Below, piece after piece: positions 26,607-36,229 of a stretch of 64,000 bases of DNA. The notes beneath the pieces are model-generated. The model was not told where the DNA came from. It searched no databases and saw nothing but the letters and a program-made list of their open reading frames with translations. The position numbers and the translations under genes are program-made. How positions within the stretch are numbered: the stretch's first letter is position 1; each line of letters opens with the position of its first letter. The stretch is from Candidatus Saccharimonadales bacterium (GTDB lineage Bacteria > Patescibacteriota > Saccharimonadia > Saccharimonadales > JAYRRP01), in NCBI GenBank assembly GCA_041906765.1, contig JAYRIP010000004.1, positions 270 through 64,269 on the forward strand. Direction: 5' to 3'.

Positions 26607-26972
26607 ATGGCAAAAATACTGGTAGTAGAAGATGACAGCATTCTAAGTAAAGCTTATAAGCTGATACTAAAGAACAAGGGCCACGATGTACTACTGGCAG
26701 GCAACGGTCGAGAGGCACTGAAGTTAGCTGACAAAGAAAAGCCTGAGATAATCCTGCTCGACTTACTGATGCCTATCCTCGACGGTATAGGCTTTCTTGA
26801 AAAATACCAGCCTGATCAGCCGGACAAAGCCAAAGTAATTGTGCTAAGTAATCTTGGGGACGAGAAAAAGGTCAACCGTGCAATGGAGCTGGGCGCTTAC
26901 AAGTACATCGTTAAGGCACACGCCACACCAATGCAGTTATCATTATTGGTGGGCCGTATCCTACAAGATTAG
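26607..26972 (+). CDS. Single-domain response regulator (CheY-like receiver only)
   Basis: KILVVEDD...ILLDLLMP...VLSNLGD...KYIVK receiver motifs. AGGAG sits 5 nt before ATG 26607 (track start is GTG 26601). No output domain. Confidence 0.9.
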   Translation: MAKILVVEDDSILSKAYKLILKNKGHDVLLAGNGREALKLADKEKPEIILLDLLMPILDGIGFLEKYQPDQPDKAKVIVLSNLGDEKKVNRAMELGAYKYIVKAHATPMQLSLLVGRILQD

Positions 26973-27013
26973 CAATGTTTTGATCAAAAAGCAGGGGTTA
27001 CTTGAATCTGTTC

Positions 27014-27673
27014 TCAGGAAGCTATATCCAAAAATTCACTTTCACCCATTTTTTTAGTTAGTCGCGACTTATCAATCACGTAGTTTTGTTTCGAAAACGA
27101 CACGATGCCTTCTTTGCGGAGTTTATTAAGTTCAATGCCCGTTGTCTCCCGGGTTAATCCGACCAGATCGGCAAATTCCTGCTGAGTAAATTTCATGGTG
27201 ATGAGTACTTTGTCACCGCGCATTTGTTTGCCAAAACGCATACTCAGGTAGTATAAGGTGTGTAATATCTTATCAGACGCGCGAGAGTATTGCAGGGCGT
27301 TAAGGCGTACCATTTGACCAACATAGGCGTCAATATAATGAAAAAGTAAAGTTTGTTGTAGAGATTTATTCGAGGCTAGTAACTTCTGAAAATCGCGCTT
27401 AGGAATACAATAAAGGACGGTGTCTGACGCGGCTTCAAAGAAAAACATGGAACTTTGCGCCCGATCAAATGTCCAGGCGGTAGGAAAAATCTCGTATTGC
27501 AGATTATATCCCAACACATTCATCTCACCATTGCCACTCAAGTTATACATACGAACCAAACCCTCTTTAATTACATACACTGCAGAAGGAACTTCTCCTT
27601 GGTATATAATTATTTCCCCTTTGGCAAATTTCCGGGTAGGGTAGGCAGTGAGTAACAACTGGAATTGCTCCAC
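27014..27673 (-). CDS. Crp/Fnr family transcriptional regulator (paralog 1)
   Basis: cNMP-binding-like beta-roll (GEIIIYQGEVPSAVYVIKEGLVRMY) and a C-terminal HTH (FADLVGLTRETTGIELNKL). GTG 27673 is chosen as the start by alignment with paralog 2. The track ORF extends to 27736. Confidence 0.85.
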   Translation of the reverse strand: MEQFQLLLTAYPTRKFAKGEIIIYQGEVPSAVYVIKEGLVRMYNLSGNGEMNVLGYNLQYEIFPTAWTFDRAQSSMFFFEAASDTVLYCIPKRDFQKLLASNKSLQQTLLFHYIDAYVGQMVRLNALQYSRASDKILHTLYYLSMRFGKQMRGDKVLITMKFTQQEFADLVGLTRETTGIELNKLRKEGIVSFSKQNYVIDKSRLTKKMGESEFLDIAS

Positions 27674-27822
27674 AATGGCTTTCCTCGTCTCCCCTCCATT
27701 AACTATCCGCCTAGTATTTAAGCATACTGACTGCAATCAAAAAACTTCTTCGTGCACTCAAACGTAAGTGTGTCAGTGTATAATAACCCCATAATGCGTA
27801 TATCTATTGCAGGAATTATGCG

Positions 27823-28758
27823 GTGGTAACAAATACAAAAACCCGACCCCAAAAGCGCCGCAAAGTCACTGATTGGCCATTCAACTTCGTCGCCATTATA
27901 TACAACCCAAACAGTACTGGTTCGAGTAGTGCAAAAGTGAGGCGTTTGCGTGATAAACTCGACAGAACTCTCCCCGCACCAGTAACTCTGTATGAAACTA
28001 AACATGCCGGGCATGCGGAGGAATTGGCCCATGATAGCGCTATGAAGTTCGCGCGCCCTCTCATCATATCCGTAAGTGGTGATGGCGGATATAATGAAGT
28101 AATCAATGGTGCGATGCAGGCAAAAAAAGAGGGTGCTACTCCCATATGTGCGGTGGTACCGGCTGGAAATGCCAATGATCATCATCGTACCCTTAGCAAA
28201 AAACCACTGCGGCGAGCTATCCTAAGCCAGGCGATCCATCGAATTGACCTCTTAAAAGTCACCATTTATTCATCTAAAAAAGGAAAGGCTGTGCGTTATG
28301 CCCACTCCTATGTAGGGTTGGGTTTGACGGCAAATGTATCATTAGAACTAAACCGGCAAGCCCTCAATCCAGTACGTGAAATAGTTATTATTTTGCGAGC
28401 TTTATATCGGTTTCGGCCTGTTTCCATCCAAACTGAGGGAAATCAGCTAGCTATCGACAGTCTTATTTTCAGCAATATTAATCAGATGGCGAAGGTGTTG
28501 ACTGTCTCAAAGGATGGCCATCCGCAGGATGGTATGTTCGAACTATCGATTTTCCCAAGTGATAACAAACTTCGTCTTATTGGCAGGTTATTAAAAGCTG
28601 CCACAATTGGGCTAAAACCAAGCCTGCAAACTAGCCAATACGAATTTACTACCATAGATAAAACGGTATTACACCTCGATGGTGAGGTCTTGGAGGCCGA
28701 AAAAGGCAGTCGGGTCACCATTACGATTGACGAGAAGGCGCTTCCGACTATTTACTAA
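27823..28758 (+). CDS. Diacylglycerol/lipid kinase family protein (YegS/BmrU-like)
   Basis: DAGK catalytic-domain pattern AIIYNPNSTGSS...ISVSGDGGYNEVINGAM...PAGNANDH. GTG start. Confidence 0.85.
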   Translation: MVTNTKTRPQKRRKVTDWPFNFVAIIYNPNSTGSSSAKVRRLRDKLDRTLPAPVTLYETKHAGHAEELAHDSAMKFARPLIISVSGDGGYNEVINGAMQAKKEGATPICAVVPAGNANDHHRTLSKKPLRRAILSQAIHRIDLLKVTIYSSKKGKAVRYAHSYVGLGLTANVSLELNRQALNPVREIVIILRALYRFRPVSIQTEGNQLAIDSLIFSNINQMAKVLTVSKDGHPQDGMFELSIFPSDNKLRLIGRLLKAATIGLKPSLQTSQYEFTTIDKTVLHLDGEVLEAEKGSRVTITIDEKALPTIY

Positions 28759-28762
28759 ATAC

Positions 28763-29332
28763 TTATTTAGGTTGGGGATGGCTAGACTTTGAGGGGTGGT
28801 GAGGCACTGCTGCGCTATGACTGTGCCCATTGTAGTGGCTTCGGATCTGAAAGAGTACATACAAACCAATCAAGCTGCCTACGAGAGTACCTACGAGATT
28901 GCCAAATCCGCCATAATCTGTAAACGTGATGACTACCCCATACACAATATTGAGAATTGCTAGGTAAAAAAGCAGATTCCAGCCTTGCTTTTTGCGCGCC
29001 TTTAGTCCGGGGAATGAAGCCAAATATAATACCCCTTCAACCGCTAAGACCGCTATACCGATCCATATACCAGCGGTCAGGCGACTGGTGGGCACCGCAG
29101 CCGTTCCACCATAGGCACGACTTATTTCATTGGCCCAATCGATAATCTTAGAAGCCTCGTGAGCCCATGTCCACAACCAATACACACTTAAGAAAACTAA
29201 AGCGGACAACACCAGGCTTATCCACGGCAAATACTGTACGATGGCCTTGCGACCATTCTCAGGTATCTGAAACGGTGCATTTTTGACAAATACGTCGTTT
29301 AGCTTATCTTCGGTTCCTTTTTGATGGCTCAT
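28763..29332 (-). CDS. Hypothetical membrane protein with His-rich C-terminal tail
   Basis: 189 aa with about 4 TM segments. Tail is HYNGHSHSAAVPHHPSKSSHPQPK. Confidence 0.6.
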   Translation of the reverse strand: MSHQKGTEDKLNDVFVKNAPFQIPENGRKAIVQYLPWISLVLSALVFLSVYWLWTWAHEASKIIDWANEISRAYGGTAAVPTSRLTAGIWIGIAVLAVEGVLYLASFPGLKARKKQGWNLLFYLAILNIVYGVVITFTDYGGFGNLVGTLVGSLIGLYVLFQIRSHYNGHSHSAAVPHHPSKSSHPQPK

Positions 29333-29497
29333 ACTTCCTCCGCCCTCATATTATGTCTACTGCTTCAAGCATAATAGTAAGGTGAGTAAGCTGCAACAAT
29401 TTATACACAGCCATATATAAAATATGTGAAAAATCTCGCTGTTTTTGACTCATCCCCCGGTTATGCTTAAGGGGCATTAAGTGGAGGGGATGCATTA

Positions 29498-29656
29498 ATG
29501 AAGTACACAAAAAAACAACAGCTATTGAATCAACCAACCCGTTTATCTGAACTGACTTTTGACGAGATGATGGAAGATATTAGCAGTGACCTTGACGCAA
29601 AAATAGAAAGATTGCAAAATCGACGGTGGCGCAAAATACGTAATCAGCAATTGTAG
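29498..29656 (+). CDS. Small hypothetical ORF (52 aa)
   Basis: Hand translation gives MKYTKKQQLLNQPTRLSELTFDEMMEDISSDLDAKIERLQNRRWRKIRNQQL*. SD GGAGGGG ends 8 nt before the ATG. Below the track cutoff. Confidence 0.4.
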   Translation: MKYTKKQQLLNQPTRLSELTFDEMMEDISSDLDAKIERLQNRRWRKIRNQQL

Positions 29657-29691
29657 CTATGCTCAGTAGGCAACAGATAATGGCAAGTCAG

Positions 29692-30372
29692 CTACACTTT
29701 TAGCTTTTTGCTTTGAAGCAAGCGACTGAGATCATAATTGTCATCAAGTAATTGATGCAGTTTGTTTACGTCTACCATATAATGACGACGCCGATGGCTA
29801 AGTATGCCTTTTTGTTCCAGCTTTTTTAGTTCGAGACCTGTAGTCTCGCGGGTCAGCCCTATAAAGTTCGCAAGATCTTGTTGAGTAAGAGGCAATGTAA
29901 TACGCACCATACTGCCTCTTATGTGCTTTCCGAAGCGGAGTATAAAGAAGTGCAAGGTATGTATGAGCTTTTGCGAGGCCTTGGACTGTTCAAGCGCATA
30001 AACGCGAACTTCGAAATTAAGATACTTTGTCACAATGTCGTGAAATTGTTGATATAAAACCTGATTGTCAGTACGCAGGTACTCTAGATAGTCTTCACGG
30101 CTAACAACAAAAAGTTCACAGGCAGAGAATGCTTCATAAAAAAATTGGGCACGTTTGACCATACCAAACACCCAGCCAGTGGGGAACATCTCATATTCAA
30201 GGTCAAACGAAATAGGCTTTTCAAGCCCGTCATTCGTGAGATTATATATTTTGACAATCCCTTTTTTAACAAAGTAAGCTGCTTGCGGCACTTCACCTTC
30301 GCACAAAATCAGCTCGCCTTTAGTAAAAGCTTTTACACGGTAACTTGAAAGGAACTGCCGTAACTCTTTCAT
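29692..30372 (-). CDS. Crp/Fnr family transcriptional regulator (paralog 2)
   Basis: GELILCEGEVPQAAYFVKKGIVKIY beta-roll and HTH LANFIGLTRETTGLELKKL. Start at ATG 30372 (MKELRQF). The track ORF extends to 30480. Confidence 0.85.
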   Translation of the reverse strand: MKELRQFLSSYRVKAFTKGELILCEGEVPQAAYFVKKGIVKIYNLTNDGLEKPISFDLEYEMFPTGWVFGMVKRAQFFYEAFSACELFVVSREDYLEYLRTDNQVLYQQFHDIVTKYLNFEVRVYALEQSKASQKLIHTLHFFILRFGKHIRGSMVRITLPLTQQDLANFIGLTRETTGLELKKLEQKGILSHRRRHYMVDVNKLHQLLDDNYDLSRLLQSKKLKV

Positions 30373-30506
30373 GACGAACCGCCTTGAGCCTTTTGTTACT
30401 CTAAACACAATTATACCCCATAAAGTGATGAAGTCACGATTTGTTAGCTGGACAACTCTAACATATCCCCTGGAAGTCAACCATACTAAGGCCGTACAAT
30501 ATAACT

Positions 30507-33500
30507 ATGGGTAACTTTGGGGTCGAGTATAACAAGTTGAATGCTGCGCAAAAAATAGCAGTAGATAAAATAGATGGCCCTTTGCTGGTCATTGCCGGGC
30601 CGGGGACAGGCAAGACACAGCTACTCAGTTTGCGGGTTGCCAATATATTGCAACTCACCGATACAGACCCTTCTAACATTTTATGCCTGACTTTTACCGA
30701 AGCCGCAGCCCGTAATATGCGAGACCGCTTAGTCCGATTTATAGGGCCACGTGCCTCGCAAGTTGCCTTACACACTTTTCATAGCTTTGGTGTAGATATA
30801 ATCAACCGTTATCCTGAGTATTTTTATGACCAACCACTGGTGCAGCCAGTTGGAGAACTCAGTAGCTACGAATTATTGCGGGAAATCATGATCAAGTTAC
30901 CGCATCGCAACCCACTTCACTTGCGTATCGGTGATGAACTCTTTCATTTATCGAGTGTGCACAGAGTAATTGGCTGGTTAAAACAAGCGGGAATTTCTCC
31001 GCAAGAAGGACAAACCATTATTAAACAAAATCGTACGTTTATACATTACGCCGAGCCGCATGTGCAGCCTGTTTTTCATGATTCACCTCATCGATCCCAC
31101 ATAAGTGAGTACGAAAAGTTAGCTAAAAGCCTGGTGAAGTACGCAAATCAACACAAGACAAACACGTTGGCAGTGCTTTGCGCAGAAGAGTTGCAGGACG
31201 CGTTAGCCGCCCTGGAGCCAACAAGCCGCTACGTTAAGCCGATAACTGCCTGGCGTAACCGATGGCTCACTCAAGACCACAACCAGCACTGGATAATGAC
31301 AGACCGCAAAAGGACAGATATTTTTGCCTGTATTACTGAGGTATATGAAAAATTTCAGGATGAACTCTCTAGTCAGGGACTCTATACCTTCGATGACATG
31401 ATCTTACGTAATATTGCGGCTATCCGACAGAGCGATGAACTCCGCTTGACCCTACAAGAGCAATATCATTACCTGATGGTAGATGAATACCAGGATACCA
31501 ACGGCGCACAAAATCAGTTCCTTGAGTTGTTAGCCGACAATCCCGTCAACGAAGGGCGCCCCAATTTAATGGTAGTGGGTGATGATGATCAGGCAATTTA
31601 TCGGTTCCAAGGCGCTCATATATCGATTATGCAGGATTTTTTGCAGCGATGGAGAGATACCGAAGAAGTAGTTTTAACCGAAAATTATCGGTTCGGGAAA
31701 GCTATCCTCGATACGGCCAGAAGCGTGATTGTCCAGGGAGAGGAAAGACTTGAAAACCGTCTGCCAAACATCAATAAACAACTCACGGTTGCAAAAAGCC
31801 CAGCTCCCTTGGCAAAAGTTTATCGACCACAAACATATTCAGAGTCCGACCAATACCGCTACATTGCTGAAGAAATTCGGCGTCTTATAAATAAAGGGCA
31901 AAAGGCCAGCGATATTGCCGTACTTGCACCTAAGCACAGTTATTTGCAAGCGCTCGTGCCGTTTTTGGCCAACGCCTCAGTGCCTATTGCATACGAACGA
32001 CGCGAACACGTACTCGACCAGCCCCATATTAGAGAGCTGATTATTTTTGCCCGCGCCGTTTTAGCAGCAAACCAGATGAACTGGACACTGCTCGATAGCT
32101 TATTACCCGAGCTGCTATCCGCTGAATATTGGGGAATATCAGCACGTGACATATGGCAGTTATCACTGGAGGTAAACCGAAAGAAGCTATCCTGGCTGGA
32201 AACTATGCAGCACCACAAAGAACTGCGTCACATTGCAAGTGGCTTGCTTGCTCTTGCAAAAAGGGCCGTCTATTTGCCCCTTGAAGCCCTGCTTGATGAG
32301 CTAGTCGGAACTACTCCGCTGCAACTTGAAAATAACAAAACCTGGACCAGCCCCTACCGCTCCTACTACTTTAGCGAAGAGAAACTTTCTCAACACCCCG
32401 AAACATATTTGCGTCTGCTTGGTCAGTTGACAACATTAAGAAACGCGGTTCGCGAGTACAGCGCAGAAAAGCAGCAGACCCAACTAAAAGATTTTGTACG
32501 TTTCATCGAGGCATACCAACAAAGCCCTTTACCGCTACTTGATACAAGTCCAAGTGGTAACACTTCCGAGGCGGTGCAACTTTTGACTGCTTATAAAGCG
32601 AAAGGATTGGAATGGCCTATAGTGTTCGTTCTGGGTTGCCATGAAAACATCTGGGGTAAAAAGGCTCGGAGCAAGAATCTCACCTTTGGCTTACCGACAA
32701 ATCTCACCTGGGTGCAGCCAGCACGAAATACTGTCGACGACCATTTGCGTCTATTTTTTGTAGCCTTAACTAGGGCAAGGGAAGCTTTATATCTTACGTG
32801 CTTTGAACAAACTGATGCCGGTCAGCCCACTGAGCCACTTCGCTGGCTTACTGCACTGGATAATGCTGACATTGCCCCCGTTCAGCTTCAGACACCTGCA
32901 ACGGTTATTGAACGTATCAAGGAAGCAGAGCTCCGTTTTATTAAGCAGAGTAGTGAGCTAAAAACCTCTGACGTGCGTCAAAGCATCCAGCCCGAGCTTG
33001 ATAGACTAAAGCTTAGCGCCTCGCATATAAATAATTTCCTGGATATTACCAAAGGCGGCCCGCGACAGTTCTTTTACCGACATATCTTACATTTCCCAGA
33101 AAGTCCTCAGCCAAGCATTGTCTTTGGTTTAGCAATGCATGCAGCTCTGCACTCGGCCCATATCGGACTTATGAGAAACGGCAAACTACCTTCCTTATCT
33201 AATCTCCGTGAAGAGCTTACTGCCTACATCCTATCCAGCGCCGTGGATACAGCAGACAAGCAGCGTCTGATTGCGCGCGGAAATGAAGCAATAGGACTCT
33301 ATATGAAACACAGGCGTCATTCATTCCAATCCAGCGATAAAAGTGAGTACAGTTTTGCAAATGAAGGGGTAACGGTAGAAGGGGTACCCTTATCTGGCAA
33401 AATTGATGTGATAAAAAGAGTTGGCCCTAGTGATTATCACATTGTTGACTACAAAACTGGTGCGGCACTAACAGACTGGCAACCAAAAAAGAATGATTAC

Positions 33501-33809
33501 ACACAGCTACGGGCATATCTTTACCAAAAACAATTAATCTTTTACCGTTTACTGATGACTGAATCAACAACCTATAAACGTGCTGATATTACCGAAGCTC
33601 GCTTACAATTTATCGAACCGACTGAAGATAATAACTTTCCCACTTTTGTATATGACATTAAAGAAACGGATCTTAGCCGCATGCGACAACTTATTAAAAT
33701 TATCTGGCGCCACATAATGGCACTAGACTTTCCCGACACTACAAAATACCCGCTTACCTTAAAAGGCTTGAAACAATTTGAAGCTGATCTACTCGCCGGA
33801 GAGAAATAA
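30507..33809 (+). CDS. UvrD/PcrA/AddA-type SF1 helicase with C-terminal PD-(D/E)xK nuclease domain
   Basis: Walker A AGPGTGKTQ. Helicase motifs are VDEYQDTN, VVGDDDQAIYRFQGA and TAYKAKGLEW. The C-terminus has GKIDVIK...IVDYKTG...QLIFYRLL, a RecB/AddB-type nuclease motif. Confidence 0.88.
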   Translation: MGNFGVEYNKLNAAQKIAVDKIDGPLLVIAGPGTGKTQLLSLRVANILQLTDTDPSNILCLTFTEAAARNMRDRLVRFIGPRASQVALHTFHSFGVDIINRYPEYFYDQPLVQPVGELSSYELLREIMIKLPHRNPLHLRIGDELFHLSSVHRVIGWLKQAGISPQEGQTIIKQNRTFIHYAEPHVQPVFHDSPHRSHISEYEKLAKSLVKYANQHKTNTLAVLCAEELQDALAALEPTSRYVKPITAWRNRWLTQDHNQHWIMTDRKRTDIFACITEVYEKFQDELSSQGLYTFDDMILRNIAAIRQSDELRLTLQEQYHYLMVDEYQDTNGAQNQFLELLADNPVNEGRPNLMVVGDDDQAIYRFQGAHISIMQDFLQRWRDTEEVVLTENYRFGKAILDTARSVIVQGEERLENRLPNINKQLTVAKSPAPLAKVYRPQTYSESDQYRYIAEEIRRLINKGQKASDIAVLAPKHSYLQALVPFLANASVPIAYERREHVLDQPHIRELIIFARAVLAANQMNWTLLDSLLPELLSAEYWGISARDIWQLSLEVNRKKLSWLETMQHHKELRHIASGLLALAKRAVYLPLEALLDELVGTTPLQLENNKTWTSPYRSYYFSEEKLSQHPETYLRLLGQLTTLRNAVREYSAEKQQTQLKDFVRFIEAYQQSPLPLLDTSPSGNTSEAVQLLTAYKAKGLEWPIVFVLGCHENIWGKKARSKNLTFGLPTNLTWVQPARNTVDDHLRLFFVALTRAREALYLTCFEQTDAGQPTEPLRWLTALDNADIAPVQLQTPATVIERIKEAELRFIKQSSELKTSDVRQSIQPELDRLKLSASHINNFLDITKGGPRQFFYRHILHFPESPQPSIVFGLAMHAALHSAHIGLMRNGKLPSLSNLREELTAYILSSAVDTADKQRLIARGNEAIGLYMKHRRHSFQSSDKSEYSFANEGVTVEGVPLSGKIDVIKRVGPSDYHIVDYKTGAALTDWQPKKNDYTQLRAYLYQKQLIFYRLLMTESTTYKRADITEARLQFIEPTEDNNFPTFVYDIKETDLSRMRQLIKIIWRHIMALDFPDTTKYPLTLKGLKQFEADLLAGEK

Positions 33810-33820
33810 AAGCCGCGCTA

Positions 33821-34585
33821 CTAGCGACGTTTACTTCGTGTACGTGCAGTTTGCGTAGTAGAAGAGCGGCGCTTTGCAGGAGATATTTGCTTTTTCCTGT
33901 CGGAGGCAGCCGGCCCTGGCTTTAGCGAAGTACCCAATGAACGGATATTAGTTGACTTCACAAATATCGCTTCGGGATTAAAGACAACTCCGTATAGGTT
34001 CATACCAATAATTGCTCCTAGCAACGGACCGGTGGCGTAAGCCCAGTTCCAAGATTGTATGCCGACGGCAACCGCTGGATTTACGACGGCATTGGAAGCG
34101 AGAGATGCTACCATAACACCAAGCAACAGTGATCCGCCGATAGTAAACGCCAGTTTCCCTGCACGTAGTTTTTCCAGCACAGCAGCCGCTACTCCAAAGG
34201 TAAAGACAGCCGTACCCACTGCTTCGGCCACGAACACCTTCCACTCAAACTTATTGCCAGCAAGACTTTCTAAACTGTGTCCCATAAAATATTTAATCAA
34301 CGCCCACGCGGCCAAGCCCCCTAGCATTTGGCAGGCAATGTATACAATAGCCTTGGAAGTTCGTACCTTATTGAGCGACCAAAGCCCCAGGGTTACGGCC
34401 GGGTTGAGGTGTGCGCCAGAGACCAAGCCAACCGTTAGTATAAATACCGCTACCGTGCTGCCAGCCGCTAAGCCTGAAAACAAGGGAAACGAGGTACGCG
34501 CTGCCATTGAATATACTGTTATTGCCAAAATCATGGTACCCAGCAGCTCGGCAACCATCATAGCTATTTTTTGCCGTCCAAACAT
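33821..34585 (-). CDS. MIP-family channel (aquaporin/glycerol facilitator) with basic C-terminal tail
   Basis: Two NPA boxes (SGAHLNPAVTLG and NAVVNPAVAVG) and six TM segments. Confidence 0.92.
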   Translation of the reverse strand: MFGRQKIAMMVAELLGTMILAITVYSMAARTSFPLFSGLAAGSTVAVFILTVGLVSGAHLNPAVTLGLWSLNKVRTSKAIVYIACQMLGGLAAWALIKYFMGHSLESLAGNKFEWKVFVAEAVGTAVFTFGVAAAVLEKLRAGKLAFTIGGSLLLGVMVASLASNAVVNPAVAVGIQSWNWAYATGPLLGAIIGMNLYGVVFNPEAIFVKSTNIRSLGTSLKPGPAASDRKKQISPAKRRSSTTQTARTRSKRR

Positions 34586-34663
34586 TTTAGAATCTCCTCA
34601 GTTTATCTCTTTATGCATTTAGCATAATATACGATGGAGCATTTATAAATAGCTTATGCTTAC

Positions 34664-35710
34664 TTATGCGGCAGATTGGATAACTGCCACGGGCATACCG
34701 GGTGCAAGTAACTCATCACTCACATCAACGGTTACTACATCACCAGCAAGCAACAAACGAGCTGCTTCTTCCGGGTTTGAAGACATCTTATTAGCAATCT
34801 CTTGCCGCATCCATCGATCGTCTACAAACGGAGCAAAGCCGTCACGTTTGTTTAACGCGTCTCGGTCTATCGTAGTACCTATTCTCATGTTTACTACAAA
34901 TAATGGCTCGCGATGTCCATGTGTGAGATGTGACGGATCTGATTTTAGAAATTCAAGTCCATCGGCATTATCTTTCGCCATTCTATTACGGCTGGCAATT
35001 GGGTCGTAGCTGCCGAAAAAATCACTCTCAGCCAGTTTTTGTTGCTGGCGGCGTACGATTTGATAATGTTTATTACTAACGAGATTCCTCGGATTAAAAT
35101 CATTGAGACCGGCGACTGCCTCATCAAGCGGGCTCACGGAATGTTGACGCAATGATTCTTTGCTGACTTCAGCACCCTTCGCCATAGACTGCCTCTTCTT
35201 CATCCAGGCGCCACATTCAGTTGTTTTGGTACTTTGAAATGCATGGTCAGAGGTATGTGCCGCATCTTTATAGTCATGATCTGCAAGAAACTGACCGACG
35301 ATTTCATGTGCCTGGTCATAGTTTTGTACGTCAGACGGTAAACCAGACCAACCAGCGAGTAGTGCCATCATCGTCGCCATATCATAAAGACCACCTGCCA
35401 TTTTAGGTCGAATAGGTGGAGTGCTCTGTTCCGAAAGCGATAAGGAATTACCGCCCACACCTATGACCGGCATTGCATCAGATGCCAAACAGAGAGCTTC
35501 CCGACCGTCCATACAAACAGCACTTTTCGCATCCTCCGCTTCGACAATGTATGGTCTGATTGATTCCACATACAACCCCACTTCCTCCTGATTCTGAAAC
35601 GGAGATCGAATCCTGTCATACCCCTTGGCACCGATAGTAAGCTGGCCTGCTTGTATAATTTCCGCTCTAGACTCTGCTTCTTTGTTTTGCTGCATATGAA
35701 TATTTTCCAT
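34664..35710 (-). CDS. Hypothetical protein (348 aa)
   Basis: Long ORF, no family recognised. Contains CMDGR ... HTSDH-x9-CGAW, faintly reminiscent of beta-carbonic-anhydrase Zn ligands. This is not asserted. Confidence 0.6.
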   Translation of the reverse strand: MENIHMQQNKEAESRAEIIQAGQLTIGAKGYDRIRSPFQNQEEVGLYVESIRPYIVEAEDAKSAVCMDGREALCLASDAMPVIGVGGNSLSLSEQSTPPIRPKMAGGLYDMATMMALLAGWSGLPSDVQNYDQAHEIVGQFLADHDYKDAAHTSDHAFQSTKTTECGAWMKKRQSMAKGAEVSKESLRQHSVSPLDEAVAGLNDFNPRNLVSNKHYQIVRRQQQKLAESDFFGSYDPIASRNRMAKDNADGLEFLKSDPSHLTHGHREPLFVVNMRIGTTIDRDALNKRDGFAPFVDDRWMRQEIANKMSSNPEEAARLLLAGDVVTVDVSDELLAPGMPVAVIQSAA

Positions 35711-35851
35711 AAACCCCTTGAAATTTAAAAATACATAGTAATGGTTTCCCTAAAAAAATGCAAAGTACCATATATATGGTGTAGGATAGGCACATTATTG
35801 CACTAATTATCGAATTACCCTATACTTGGTGCTATCTTAGCAGGAGGGATC

Positions 35852-36229
35852 ATGGAAAAAACTCCGTCACCAAACGAAGATGAGTTACATAATATCCCTT
35901 CTGAGTCGTACCAGGCCACAATTGCCGACCTCAACGACGCCGAGCAGGCTGATGCCTTTTGGCAGAATGCCCGCGACATGAACGACACCTTTGTTCGAGA
36001 AACCATCAAACAAGCCAACCAGGAAGAGCTAGTAGGGAAGTCACCAAAAGACGCTTTTTTAGACGGCGTAAGATGGTTCTCGCATACCCTTGAACATAGC
36101 CGCTTTATACAAGTGTGGGAGAAAGTTGCTCAGTTGTCGGAAACAGAACTGGACACTGAGGATGCAGATGAAAACCATCGAACGCACAGAGAAGGCGATG
36201 CAGGATCCGGGCTTTTGCCAGACTACTAA
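35852..36229 (+). CDS. Acidic hypothetical protein (125 aa)
   Basis: SD AGGAGGG upstream of the ATG. Asp/Glu-rich. No family recognised. Confidence 0.55.
   Translation: MEKTPSPNEDELHNIPSESYQATIADLNDAEQADAFWQNARDMNDTFVRETIKQANQEELVGKSPKDAFLDGVRWFSHTLEHSRFIQVWEKVAQLSETELDTEDADENHRTHREGDAGSGLLPDY

Noticed and set aside
26978-26989. Palindrome TTTTGATCAAAA between convergent genes, considered as an FNR-like TTGAT...ATCAA site
   Set aside because: The half-sites abut with no 4-bp spacer. It lies between two 3' ends, and a short AT-rich palindrome like this is expected by chance.
30436-30456. GTGA-tgaag-TCAC inverted repeat upstream of crp paralog 2 / helicase, considered as an autoregulatory CRP site
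   Set aside because: The arms are only 4 bp with a 5-nt spacer, not TGTGA-N6-TCACA. This is too weak to call.
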